Source of the DNA: Callorhinchus milii | Taxonomy: Eukaryota | Assembly (NCBI RefSeq): GCF_018977255.1 | Contig: NW_024704746.1 | Span: 25,854,001 to 25,918,000 of the forward strand | Reading direction: 5' to 3' | DNA: 64,000 bases | Shown here: one piece after another, positions 1-44,600 of the stretch | How the letters are laid out: the number at the start of each line of letters is the position of its first letter | How positions within the stretch are numbered: the first letter of the stretch is position 1 | Notes under the pieces: model-generated | Database searches by the model: none | Seen by the model: the letters and a program-made list of their open reading frames with translations, nothing else | What the model was told of the DNA's origin: nothing | Program-made: the position numbers and the translations under genes

Positions 1-1566
1 AACACAAATGTTCCCGTGTTGACGGCGAACTTGCCTTCCTCTCCATCTTCCTCTCTCTCTTTGTCCTCCAGGGCTTGCTTCTCCAGCTGGGATGTCACGT
101 CATTAACACTAGTAACACCACTGGGTTCTTTCTCATTGTCATTTTGTGCCCCTAAAAAGAACAGAAAGTGTTGAAAGATTGAACTTTTAAAGCGTTCTTT
201 CTGTTAGTCGGTTAAGAGAGAAATTTGATGCCGAGTTACTGAAATATTCCTCGAGGTTTAAGGGAAAACTCACTCTACCAAATTGCATTCCTTGAGACAT
301 AATAATAATCTTTGCATTTGATATAGCACCTTATCACGTCGTTGAGACGTCTCAAAGCGCTTCACATAATATATTGTAAAGTGAATTGACTGTATATTTT
401 GTGAGCAAAACGTGGCAGCCAATTGTCCTACATACAGTCGTGGATTGAGTGACCAAATTATTATTATTTTTTAATTTATTTTTTGAAGGGATTATTTCCC
501 TTGGAAAAGCGATCTGCCAATCGACTATCAACTGGGTTCCTACTTACAGCTGTTCCTTACTAGGGATTGCCAATAATGTACTGCATAATTCTTAAATGTT
601 TCACCAACAGATAATGACAGAAGCAGCCCACTCAGCTAGCTTGGCACATCTGATCCCAGCAGATTACGTTCATCGCGAAAAGCAATAAATTATCAGAGAG
701 TAAGTAACATTTAGTCTTTACATTTACACTCGCCAGTGACAATCTGAATCCATCAGACAACACAGCCAGGGTTACTGCACCATGAAATGAGGTTTTGAAG
801 CTAGAATAACAACCATCTCTATGTCAAACTGTTGGAATTAATGCTCACCGAATGAAGGCCATTATTGCTGAACTTTACACAGTAACTCCTATGACATTAG
901 AAAACTATCATCTCACATTATGTGGAAACTTTAGTTAATATTAAGTAATATAATAATCCTTGAATTTTATATCGCGCCTTATCACGTCCTTGAGACGTCT
1001 CAAAGCGCTTCACAGAATATACTGTAAAGTGAATTGATGGTGTATTTTGTGGGCAAAACGCGGCAGCCAATTGCGCACAGCAGCGTCCCACAAACACTCG
1101 TGGATTGAGTGACCAATGTAGAACTATGGATCCACTCCCCAATTTTCTCTTCGAAGGTCACTAAATTGAGAACCACATCTACAAAATAAAATCTTCCTTG
1201 AGATGGCTCGAGTGTAAGATGGGTCTCTCTGGGAATAACAGATTCTGAGACAAAATACTTGACTCAAAGCAAAGCCAAGTAGGTCATCGCTGATCAGCCA
1301 CGTGGCCAGTCAATAGAGCTTGGAGTTACAGTTGCCCAGTCCGCCAAGCCTATACCAGGCTCTGTAATTGCCAGTTTTTATATCAAATCTCTCTCCAGCC
1401 TGCCTCTAGCCAAGAACATAAAGGTATAACAGAACAGATCAAAGCAGCGAGACTAATTATACAGATGTCTTTCTCGCTAATAATGTATTAGGATTGTGCA
1501 TCAATTTAGCTTTGTTACAAATACTCTCAAGGGGTTTACCCCACTGACTCCTATGTTATTAATAAT
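1..1566 (+). repeat. Exact-looking duplicate of 12260-13825
   Basis: Identical by eye at offset 12259 until ...ctatgttattaataat, then the copies diverge. Confidence 0.95.
35..151 (-). other. METAP2: Second, identical copy of METAP2 exon 2 inside duplicated block 1-1566
   Basis: Positions 1-1566 match 12260-13825 (offset 12259); the ORF track shows identical ORFs at 918-1142 and 13177-13401. Confidence 0.9.
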
Positions 1567-1793
1567 GCGGTCGAAGAGGAGGGTCTTGAGACTGGCCTTG
1601 AAGGAGGCAAAGGAGGGAGGGAGGAAGGCCAAGGGACTGTGGGATGGAACACATGAACACAAGTTATTTATAATAAATTCTAAACAGAAATCAATACAGC
1701 CTCGATAGCAACAATTTAATTGTGTCTCAACAGGAAGGTACTAAAAGGGTCTTCAAGAGAGCCAAGAGATCACCAGAGGAACTGAAAGCCGCC

Positions 1794-33209
<31,416 letters not shown>

Positions 33210-34179
33210 GTGGGAGCAGTGGCTGTACGTTAATAATCACAATGTTAAATTCAGCTGAATGTAGCTATGAAGAAAACAGCGTTATTCAGAACTGTGATTC
33301 AACCCAAAATCTGTAACAACAAAATTACATTTCTATAGTGCCTTTCATGTCGGGATGATGTCCCAAGGCACTGAAAGCATTCAGAAGCCTTCAAGAATCT
33401 GCTGTAAGCGTAAGGGATGATTCGTTGGGTAAATTAACTTTTAGGGACCATTAGAAAAGATATATTCATGCATTTAGCACTTGATATTGCATTTTAGCTC
33501 AGCATCATGAAGTAAATATAAGGTTGGAAACTTAATATAATAGTTTAGTAGCTAAAGCCTAGTGGCAACGTTACTGGTGGTGAAGTCTACACCACCAAAG
33601 TGAATGACATCTAATTATGTAGATTAATAAATACCAAAATCCTCATTCATTAATTTCAGTGGAAGTCTGCCTATTACCATGTCAAAATAAAGCTGAACTT
33701 TATTGAATTATATCCTGTAATTAATTTTTAGCTCTAAATGTGATTTAAATTTATTCCTAGTCACTGTGTTTTAGAGTATTATGTTTTATGTTCATGACAT
33801 GTAGATTGTGAGAATACACATTGTATTTTTCTGTGACACGTTGCAAAATGGTTCTTCTCAACTTAAAATGTAAAGCAGTGGTTTATTTATATTTTTTCCC
33901 CATTTCAGAATGGATCATGTTCCATACAATAGATTTGTCAGAGCACAGAAACCTTATATATTTTATTATATAGTTTATTATATAAAGGGCTGAATATATT
34001 AAACTGAATACAACTGAATATTAAACCGAAAAAAATTAACCCAACACACAGGACACCCAGACCAGGTTTTCACCTGAGCATTAGATAATTTAAGAAAGGC
34101 TAACCCTTGTGAAGATTATCTGGGCACTGCTGATGACAGCACAGCCAGTCCGACAAGACCATGAAGGGATTTAAAGATA

Positions 34180-34527
34180 CATTTACACAGCGCCCGCTTT
34201 TCACATCGGGAGGATGTCCCAAGGCGCTGGACAGTCAGGGATTTGGACCTGAGCTGGGGGTTGGGATCGGGGTGGGGGGTGGATGGCAGGGAGGGTAGAG
34301 GGGTGGTCAAAAAGGAGGGTCTTCATTTGGGCCTTGAAGGAGGCAAGGGAGGGGGTGAAGTGAAGGGACTGTGGGATGGAGTTCCAAAGGGTGGGAGCAG
34401 AGACACTGAAGGCCTGACCGCCGATGGTGGGGTGGGCCGGGCGGAGAACATGGAGCAGGCCAGAGCCTACTTAGCGAAGGGAGTGGACAGGTCAGTATGG
34501 AGTTAGCAGGTCACAGCGGTAGGGAGT
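34180..34527 (-). mobile_element. L2 LINE 3' fragment
   Basis: Same tail and ORF2-end similarity as 4782-5122. Confidence 0.78.
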
Positions 34528-35134
34528 AGTATGTGCTTTTAACTGTAGTTTCATCTGATAACACACCAAGGATCAAAACTCTGCTGTTCTTATTGTGGCT
34601 CAATTCCATAGATGACCTTGCATTTACCCAAACAAGACAGCGCTTCGTAATAATATTAATATTACCAAATACATTATTTTAAGGCAGATTCGCACAGCAG
34701 CTTCCCACAAACAGCGGTGGCTTTAGCGACCAAATTATTATTAAATATATTTTTTTGAAGGGATTATTACCCCTGGCGTGTGTAAACAGAGGATTGTGGA
34801 GCAAGGAAACTTGCCTAAGGTTTTGCCCTGTCTGGGAACTGAACCTGGGTCGTCTCGCTTGCGAGGCGAGTGCTCTAACCATTGAGCTACAGGACTCCAC
34901 AATCCAACAATTTGTGTGTTCAGCAAAGGACAGGCTGATTAATTGACCTATTACAACTCTTCAGAAAACAGAATGGTTTATTGTTGCTATTGGTATAAGT
35001 ACTTTGACTGGTAACTACAGAAAATATAGCATTCACTGATCACTTAGTCTTTACTGATGTAGTCGACTTGCACTTTCATAATAATATTTTATGTTATTTC
35101 TAAGAACTGTAGCAGCCTTCATTGTTCTCTGTTG

Positions 35135-35625
35135 TTAATCATCCCCAAACGTCTGTTCTTGTAAGTGTGTGAAGGTGTGTGACTGAGCAGCGACTTGTGC
35201 TGCCAGAGCCTGGGTGAAGCTGATGCTCGCTGGGCTGTGCAGTCCTGCTAACCTCTCTTTAACTGCTGTTTGCTGCTCCTCAGACAGCACTGTTTGCCAA
35301 TTTTCCTCTTCATTGAGAGCACCATGATCAATGTCCATCGTCTCTAAACAATAACCTGAATTGCCATCCACCTCGCTGCCCTGCTCAGCTTCACTTAAGT
35401 TTGTGTCTTTGCTTTCCCCGGTTAAATACACATCAATGTTCTTGGCTTCGATCGTTTTGCAGCAAGCTTTACAATCCCCGGAGGTGTCCGGTTTGGGGCC
35501 ATGTGCCTGTTGTGGGCTGCCTTCACATTCCTTGCGTTCCTGCTCACTTGCACCCATGTCCTGAAGATTTTCAGGACTCGCAGCTTGTTCCACTACAGCT
35601 GGAGGTGACATGGTCTTCAGTGCAG
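35135..35625 (-). CDS. VEZT: VEZT exon 12
   Basis: ALKTMSPP...[43 protein letters not shown]. Confidence 0.92.
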
Positions 35626-38600
35626 CTGGTAGAAACAGTAATGTTACACGGGTTACATTGTGTGTCTTGTGCAATTTAAAAGTGGGGAAAGGAGGGGGCA
35701 AGGCGGAGCGATTGGGGGAGAGAATTCCAAAGTCCAAAAGACACAAAATTAATTTTTACAAAATCTATTCATGATTGTGCAAGTCAAACAATGTCAAACG
35801 GGAGCTTCAAGCAGAAAGGATATTTTTGCGGATTTCACCAAACAAACCAGAGGCTGTATGAGAACAGGTGGCAAATACAATCTCAAGGATGTGAGAGCTC
35901 TCTGTAAACACATTCCCTGGCAGTGACTGCTATGTATTGAGCATGTGTGCGCACACACACACAACACATGTACAATATCATCAATGTATGTTTACTCAAT
36001 TGCCTTATACAGAGAATATCTACAATATGTTCTGAGGTAGATAAGAGTAAATGGGCTGAATTCCATAACAGGAATGTTTGAATATGCTGTTTATTCCATG
36101 CTTTCTGATGTGCTTTAGGAAGCTCTCTGCCTCAGGATTTTTGGTACATTGAGGATTAAACAATGGCTGCTTCTGCCTTTCTCTCTGTGTCTCTCTGTGT
36201 CTCTCTGTTTTTCTTTCATCCATAATGATGTGGAAATACTTCCAAAAAATTGACTCATTTCGTTGAACTCCATTACTTCAATGAAAGGAGCTGAATTTAG
36301 ATCAGTGTTTATTAATTTGCCACTTTCCGCCATTGTTCCAGTGTGATGCTATTTTGTTGACAATATCTGCTACTAGTAGAGAGTTGATTGGAACATAAGA
36401 ATTTGAAAGGAAGACCAAGGTCCATCCAGTTGGCCTTACACCATCCTGGCAGTCGCTTGCACATGTTGTGTTCCAAACTCTATACTGTATCCCCAGATAT
36501 TATTTCCGAACAGAAATCTATCGCAATTGTTCTTGAAATAATCAACACTTTCTGCTTCCACTGTCCCCCTAAAGAGCCTGTTCCATACATTTACTACTCG
36601 CTCACTGAAGTAGTGTTTCCACAGATTTGTTTAGAATTTACCCATCAAACGCAGGCCGTGTCCTCTGGTTCTTCTGTTCAGTACAAAATAAAACAGCTTC
36701 TCATTATCTATTCCCTTTAGAATCTTAAGGACAGCAATCATATCGCTGTTTGATCCCTGTTTATTGATCCTCAATCGGTTGTTGACGTATTTATCCAGTT
36801 CTTTACTGAACTATTGCTTTGCAGCTATTGTTTATGGTTTTACTACCCAATATTTCAAAATAAGATGCATTTTCTTTGATATTTTTTCGGTTCATTTTAG
36901 GTGAGGTGACCTATCTGGGGTGCTTCATTTTCAGAGCTCTCTAGATGTGGTTTAATCTCATCAGGAGGCGGTTATCTATTTCCTGTATTTATTTCCGTTT
37001 CTGGGTTGTTTCTGGTGCTTTCCATTATTTATGGTGAGATTGTTCCCCTCTATGTTTCATGCACCTGCTGATCTGTTCCCAGCCACTGTCCATACAGTGG
37101 AGTCCTGTAGCTCAGTGGTTAGAGCACTCGCCTCGCAAGTAAGAGGACTTGGGTTTGATTCCAGGACAGGGCAAAACCTTAGGCAAGTTTCTTTACTCCC
37201 CACACACATTTCTGTTTACCTAGCAATAAGTAGGAACCCGGTTGTTAGTCGATTGATAGTTCGCTTTCCGGGGGTAATAATCCCTCCACAAAAAACGAAG
37301 GAAACTTGCCTAAGGTTTTTCCTGGCCCAGGAATCAAACCCGGGTCCTCTTGCTTGCGAGGCATGTACAGATAACAGTTGCTATGGGACTATCAAGTAAA
37401 CTATCAAATGACAATCTGAAGGCAACAGTTTCATGGAAATCTAATAAGAATCCGAGGGAAATGTGAGGCAATGAGTCAAAACATCCTTGAGGTATTAATT
37501 TCCCCACAGCACTGAAGACAGGGATATATGAGAAACTCAATCCCACATGTATAATCCGCAGCACAGCTGAGCAAGGCTAACTACTGCTCCTAAACGATTG
37601 AAATGAGAAAACTATTCACAAGTCCAATGGAAGCACAGCTTCTCTGAAGCAATACCATAAAAGCACAAATTCAAATACAGTATTATATGACATTTGGAAT
37701 TTAGGGTGTTTTAAAATGAATGTATGAATGAATGTATTTCAATCGCGAACAACAGGCTTGATTATAACACTCCAACTGAGTAAATTAAGGCAATGTATAG
37801 CGCCTTATCACGTTGATTATAGCGCCTTACCACGTTGTTCGGACATCTCAAAATACTGTGAAGTAAATTGACGGTTTATTTTGTGGGCGAACGTTTCCAC
37901 ATGTACTGAACCTCTCACCAGCAATATGGCCCTCACCGTGGTCATTGAAAAGTAGTTGTTTCCACTTCTGTCTCTCGAGCTCAGAGGCCTTGAATCCCAA
38001 CACGTTTTTCAGTTCGTGAAGCATCCTTCTAGATTCCTCCCTTTCCTGCTTTTCCTTTTCTCTCTCCTCTGGCGACAGGTAGTCAAAAGTATCCCGTCGG
38101 AACTCTCCATCCGAGTCAGATTCTTCCACATAGGCTTCGAGTTCCTGCAGACAAATACAATTCAACAAAAGCCTATGCTGACAGATTCATATAGCGGTTA
38201 AGCCCAATGGTTAGTCGTTTGGCTAAATACATATTACAATTCAGCTTAATAGCTTGTTAATAGTACAGTAAACCTCACAAGTCGTACCAGTTGAGACCAT
38301 ACATTTAGTATTACTTATGCAAAGTATGAGTTATGTCAGACTTGCACAGAATTGTATAGAATGAAAAATGTGCAGGGCTAATGGGTAAGAGTGGAGAAGT
38401 GGGGACTAGTTGGTAGCTCTTTCAAGAGCCGTCACAGGAACGATGGGCTGAATGGCCTCCTTCAATGCTGTAAGATTCTATGATTATAAACTCTTGAATG
38501 TGACTTGGGCAGATGAACCACTTAGGCAACTATACAATTTGCACAGATGAGACTTATCTGAGGTTTACTGTAGTTAAATTGCTGGAAAAAAACTACTGAA

Positions 38601-41600
38601 TGAATTGGCCAAAGATGAATCACAAATGTATACAAATCTGAAACAAAAAAGATTTTTGTTTATTTTGAATATTCTAAACATCGGGTTCCTACCAAGAGAT
38701 GCTGGGGACTCCAGACTGTGGTGAGTTAACATGGCTGCCTCTGGTTTCCTCACCTCCTTCACTTCCTGCGAGCCAAACTAAAGATTTGGGAAGTCCCGAG
38801 GTTCAATCTCCACAATTTGTGCTCAATGGGCGTCTAAAATGTGCCTCAACACTGTGTTGTGTGTTTGGGAGAGACAAATTAGCTGCAGTTCACACTCCTG
38901 ATTGCATTCCAGTGACCCTCAATTGAACAATGGCCAACGAGCCTTGTGTGGATATCAGATGAGCACATGACAGCTGTGATGTCCATCACAGTCAAACATC
39001 CTGTTGACACTCAATGTCCCGTTCACACATGAAAAACAGCCACTTGGATTATGTACTAGACAGCAGGGGGCACCCATGGAATTATAGAATCATTATTATA
39101 ACCCAGAAGGAGGCCATTCGGTCCATTGGGCTCTTTAAAAGAGCTACCCAATCAGTCCCACTCCCCGCTCTTTCCCCATATCCTTGCAATTCACACCTCT
39201 GGATTATTGTTATTATTACATCATGGAATCAGTTCCGGGGTTAGGATCCGTGTTAGTGTAAACGTGCTCTTACCTGCTCTTCAGGAACCGGATCCCGGTT
39301 CTCTATCTGTACAAGAGGTATTGCTGGGGGATTCCAAACCGGGAGCAAATTATCGTCTTCTGCCTCAAGTCTCCCTGCAACACCAGACAGGCTCCAAATA
39401 AAAAAATAATTACAGTGCTATCCATCCTTGCATTTGATATAGCGCCTTAACATGTCTTCGAGACATCTCAAAGCGCTTCACAGAATATACTGTAAAAATG
39501 AATTGACTGTATATTTTGTGGGCGAAACGCAGCAGCCAATTGCGCACAACAGTGTCCTACACACAGTCGTGGATTGAGTAATCAAATTTTTTTTTTTAAG
39601 GGATTATTACCCCCAGAAAGCAATCTGCCAATCGAGTAACAACTAACAATCGGCTTTCTACTTACTGCTAGATTTCACTATTGCTACCAGGTTTCGCCCA
39701 CAAGCAATTCACTTTACAGCATATTCTGTGAAGTGCTTTGAGACGTCTCAAAGATGTGATAAGGCGCCATATCAAATGCAAGGATTATTATTATTATTAA
39801 GACAGAGGGAACCTAAATTAATAACACAATCAGAAAAATGGGATGATGATCTGGAAACAGATAAGAAACTGGTTAATTTGGATAACGTTTCAAGAATGAT
39901 GATGACTGCCCCAGATTTGTAATAAATTGCCAGTAAAGAGCCCAGGAAACCAAAGAAAAAGAATAAAGGCCTTAGTGTGTTGGGGACAAAAGGGAAACTG
40001 AATTTCTCCTTCAGCCAAGTATGTTTTTAGTGGACACCAAACATGGAGTTCAAATGAAACAAAGACCAGAGTGTGTGCAGAGGAAATGGGGCACTTGGAG
40101 TCTGTACTGCACAGAGCTGGCTGTGAATGGACTTTCAAAAGGAACACATTTTGCGGGTAAATATTTCATTTAGTATTCTGGAAACACTGTGATTCTATAA
40201 CTGCTGTGCGCAATTGGCTGCCGCTTTTCGCCCACAAATATATAGTCAATTGTGCACAGCAGTAATTGCGCACTACTGTGTGAAATTAGTCAATTCAGTT
40301 TACAGTATATTCTGTGAAGCGCTTTGAGACATCTCGACGACGTGATAATAAGGCGCTGTATCAAATGCAAGTATTAATATTATGTAAAGGTGCATGTAAA
40401 AGAACTAATAACAATAACATTTTCACAACTAGGAGTCCAAAATGCTGTCAGCTAGAATAAATCAGTTATCATGTTGGGTGAAAAGGAACAAGTAGAAGTC
40501 AAGCTTAAACCAAAAGCAAAGCAGGATCGTTAGTGCTGGTATACAGCACTGATCCTCTCTGTTGAGCCTGATTTTCTAACAACAAGTCTACTTGTCCATT
40601 ATCTTTCAGCACAGACTTGCCCTTTCTTACAGTTTCCTCTTAATAGTACTTTTACTGCCATTTCCTTGAAAGACTTGCACAGAGAATGTCTGGGGAAATG
40701 GGTGGCCTTTCACCTCTGGGACCTGGGTTCAGACTGACAGGATGACAGGCTCCAGTCTGACAGCTCCAAGACTCTTAAGTGAGGTTTGCCAGTCTCAACC
40801 CAGTGATTAGCATGAATCCCTCACACCCCAGCACTGCCTGGCGTTTGTCTCTCACTCAAGACACGTATTAGGGATGCAATCACTGGCCTAATAGATGACT
40901 CACTGATCCGATAAGTCAGGGGTGGTCCAACCCTTTGGCTACTGAGGGCCGGATGCCCTATTTGAGAAGCATCCATGGGACGTATAAGCAATATTTTTGT
41001 GTTTATCTTACAGAAACATAACAACATTTACGGGTTATGGAGGGAGCGGGTGGGCCATATGAAATGGAAGGAGGGGGAAAGGGTCAGATGAGGCCCGTGG
41101 GATGCCAGTTGAACCATCCTGGTCTAGGTTATGACATCAAGTTCCGACTTGGGGCTTGAATCTAGTGGCCCAGAGGTGACAGTATTACCAACAGGAGCCA
41201 AGAGGACAAACAATTTACTGCACTCTGGGATTTTTTCCTTCTTTGAATACCTTTGTTATCAGTAGACTTGTGTCCAAGTTTATCCACCTGAGTGGTTGCA
41301 TCTTCCCAGCAGCTTATGGTTCCGTGCATGTGCGGTTGGATCAATTTGAGCTTCTGTTTGAGAGCATGGCACAGTTCTGATGTAATTTCCTGCTGTTCTC
41401 CGGATCCTATGAACCTTTCCAGATCATCTTCTAAAGCAATAACCCTGTATCAAACGAACAGTTAGTCATTATCGGTGTCATTTTCTATAACGTTATAATT
41501 CTCAAAATAGGTTAGAATAGATGAATTATAATAAAGCAATAATCCTTGCATTTGATAAAGCGCCTTATCACGTCGTTGAGACCTCTCAAAGCGCTTCACA

Positions 41601-44600
41601 GAATATATTGTAAAGTGAAGTGACTGTGTATTTTGTGGGTGGAATGTGGCAGCCAATTGCGCACAGCAGCGTCTGTCCCACAAACAGTTGTGGATTGAAC
41701 AAAGGTAATCAACTTGCATTCTCCTCACGCAGGGTAGTGTCCCAGAGCGCTTCAAGCACTTGTTGAAGCAGGAGTTAGCACGTTCAGGACAGGAGAAATT
41801 CATCCACAGCTTTTGTTAATATCGAATGATTGTGAGATTGTATTGTGAATGTAAATAAAAAGCATAGAATTGATGTTTTATAGTGTAGATCCATTATTGT
41901 GTAACCTCTCTAAGTGGAAATAGAGTGGTACAGTGCTTAATAACTAACAGAATGTTGATGTTACGTGCATAAACTTACTGATTTAGCAGTGCTTTAAGGT
42001 GGAGATGTAGGCTACGCACTGAAGCATACATGTTGTTCAGCTCTCGGGAGTGTGTCTGTTTCTTGGTCCTGGATGACGTTGCTAAGTTACCGCGTTGCTG
42101 AATCTCAAAGTACCGATGGAACTCATAGCTGCGTTTCAACTCTTCAAGGCAGCGAGTGAGAACAGGAGGTAAATCGTGGACTATGTCTGACACTGTATGA
42201 TGCGAAAAGTGTTCTGGAAGAATATGAGGCTTATGTGCAATCTGCGCTGGAGACAGCAGTAACGCCAGGCGTCTGAAACATTCTGAATTTTGACCAATCC
42301 AAAGTTGAAAGAGTACCTGAGCATGATGATAACAAATAATAATCCTTGTATGTGATATAGCGCCTTATGTTGTTAAGACATCTCAAAATGCTTCACAGAA
42401 TACAATGTAAAGTGAATTGACTGTACGCACAGCAGTGGCCCACAAACAGTCGTGGATTGAATGACCAAATTATTATTTTTGACGGGATTATTGCCCCCAG
42501 GAAAATGATCAACCAATAGATCTTTAAAAGTGGGTATACAGGAAGAAAAGGCCCAAAAAGAGGGGATCTAATACAGGTTTTCAAAATTCCTAAAGGATTT
42601 GAAAAAAGAGATAGGAAAAGATTATTTCAGTCTGCTTAGAAGATCGGTAACAATGATTAACAAGCAGAGGTTGATCACAGAAATATTTAAAGGGGGACGT
42701 TAGTAGAAACGTTTTCACACTGTGGTTTGCCAAAGTATGAATGCTTTACCACAAGCGGCTAACCACAACAGTCAAAAGAGAATTGGTCAGAAATGTACAG
42801 GATATAAAAGGCTACAGGAGAAAGAGCAGTTACTATAAGTAATTTAAACAATTTAAGATAATCAACTATAATAATCATCCTTGCATTTGTCAAAGCGCTT
42901 CACAGAATGTACTGTAAAGTGAATTGACTGTGTATTTTGTGGGCAAAATATGGGAACCAATCGCGCACAGGATTGTCCCACAAGCAATTGTGGATTGAGT
43001 GATGAAATTATAATTATTTTTTAATAAGATTTTTTTAATAATACTTGTTTCTATGTATTTCACTTGATTGTTAAATAACAACTTGCATTGATATAGAGCC
43101 ACTCATGCAGGGTAGCGTCCCAACGTGTGCTGACCAAATACACATAACCCCTTCCCCACCTTATACAACAGCAAATTACATTTGTATAGCACCTTTCACA
43201 TTACTCACACCTTCAAAACCTGGAGACTGTAGCCGTCAGTCAGCTCCTGAACCTCCTCATCAGTCACAGGTTCCTCGCACAATCCCATGCCCAGCTCTTT
43301 CAATGGGATTGTAGACAAATAATTGGTCACGTTATCAATTTCGGAGTTCAGTGGATAGGTGTTCTGACTGTTAAGGTATCCTAACATAAAGTCATTCCTC
43401 CCTGTGCTCTCTCTGAACCATTTTGACGTGTTGCCAGATTTAAAATTAAACAAATCAAAGCAATGGTTCGACATGGCTCTGAAAGGTCTGATTTGTGTAT
43501 TTTCTGGAAGACAAGTATAACAATAGAGTAATACACGTTAGGAAACTCAGACCCAAAATGTGACTGGCTTCTGTTTGAGGTTTGTGATATTTGTAAGTAA
43601 CAACAAACACAGCAATCTGCTGATGTCAGTCACACAGCAAGACTGATGGCCTGTGAAAAAAATCCCAGTTAAAAGGATGCAACAAAGTAAACCGAAAGCT
43701 TTCAGTCTATAATTAGAAGCCATATCCCCTCGCATCACTGAGGCAAGAGAGAACGTGCAAGGAATTCTGGCAATTATATCAATTTGATAGGAAAGTGACT
43801 TTTAATGCAAAAAGTATCCAATTGATACTCAGTGACAGAGGATCAGATGGGCAGGTGATGCCTTTGTAATATAAGGATATGATTTCAGCATTTGGCAGGT
43901 AGTCATTCGAGATACTCGATAGGCAGCTCTTAATGACCGGTATACCGCTTTCCGAAGCCCAATCAGCTGCTGGCCTTGCTGTTGCCAAGAGCTTCCCAAT
44001 TTATTGAGAGGAAACCCAGCAGTCACCCTGAAAAACCAACACAGGAACAACTTACACAATTGGACTGATCGCTCCGAAAGCTACGTACAATTAAAACTCA
44101 GCTAGGGATTTTATAATAATAATCCTTGCATTTGATATAGCGCCTAATCATGTCTTTGAGACGTCTCAATGCGCTTCACAGAATATACTGTAAGCTGGAG
44201 TGACTGTATAATTTGGGGGCGAAATTTCTTAAAATGGGGCAAAAGGCTGATCACAGATCATCAACTTAGAATTCAAATAATTATTACCAGAGTATGCCCC
44301 CGAAAGGCAAAGCTTTTGTAGCTTTTAAAGGGTATTTTACTGCACAGGAAACGTTGTTTTAAAATGTCCCCCAAAATAGTATAGACTTAGTTCTTTTTAA
44401 ACAGAGTTATAAAGTGAGTAGACAAATACTGTGGCAAAAATCACCCCAAATATGAATGTGTTTGATAGTTTAAGACACAAAATTCAACAAATTTTACATT
44501 AAGGTTTAAAAACAGATACTGAGAAAAGACTAGTTAGTCAGTTCAGTACAATTGTCCCCGACTGGGTAAGTTTGATCGGCAATCTTAGTCGGCACATTTG

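Noticed and set aside
35050-35137. Possible stop-codon readthrough or frameshift extending the VEZT C-terminus, which ends at QTFGDD
   Set aside because: TAA CAA is not a recognised readthrough context and the downstream frames show no convincing similarity; a lineage-specific shorter tail is simpler.
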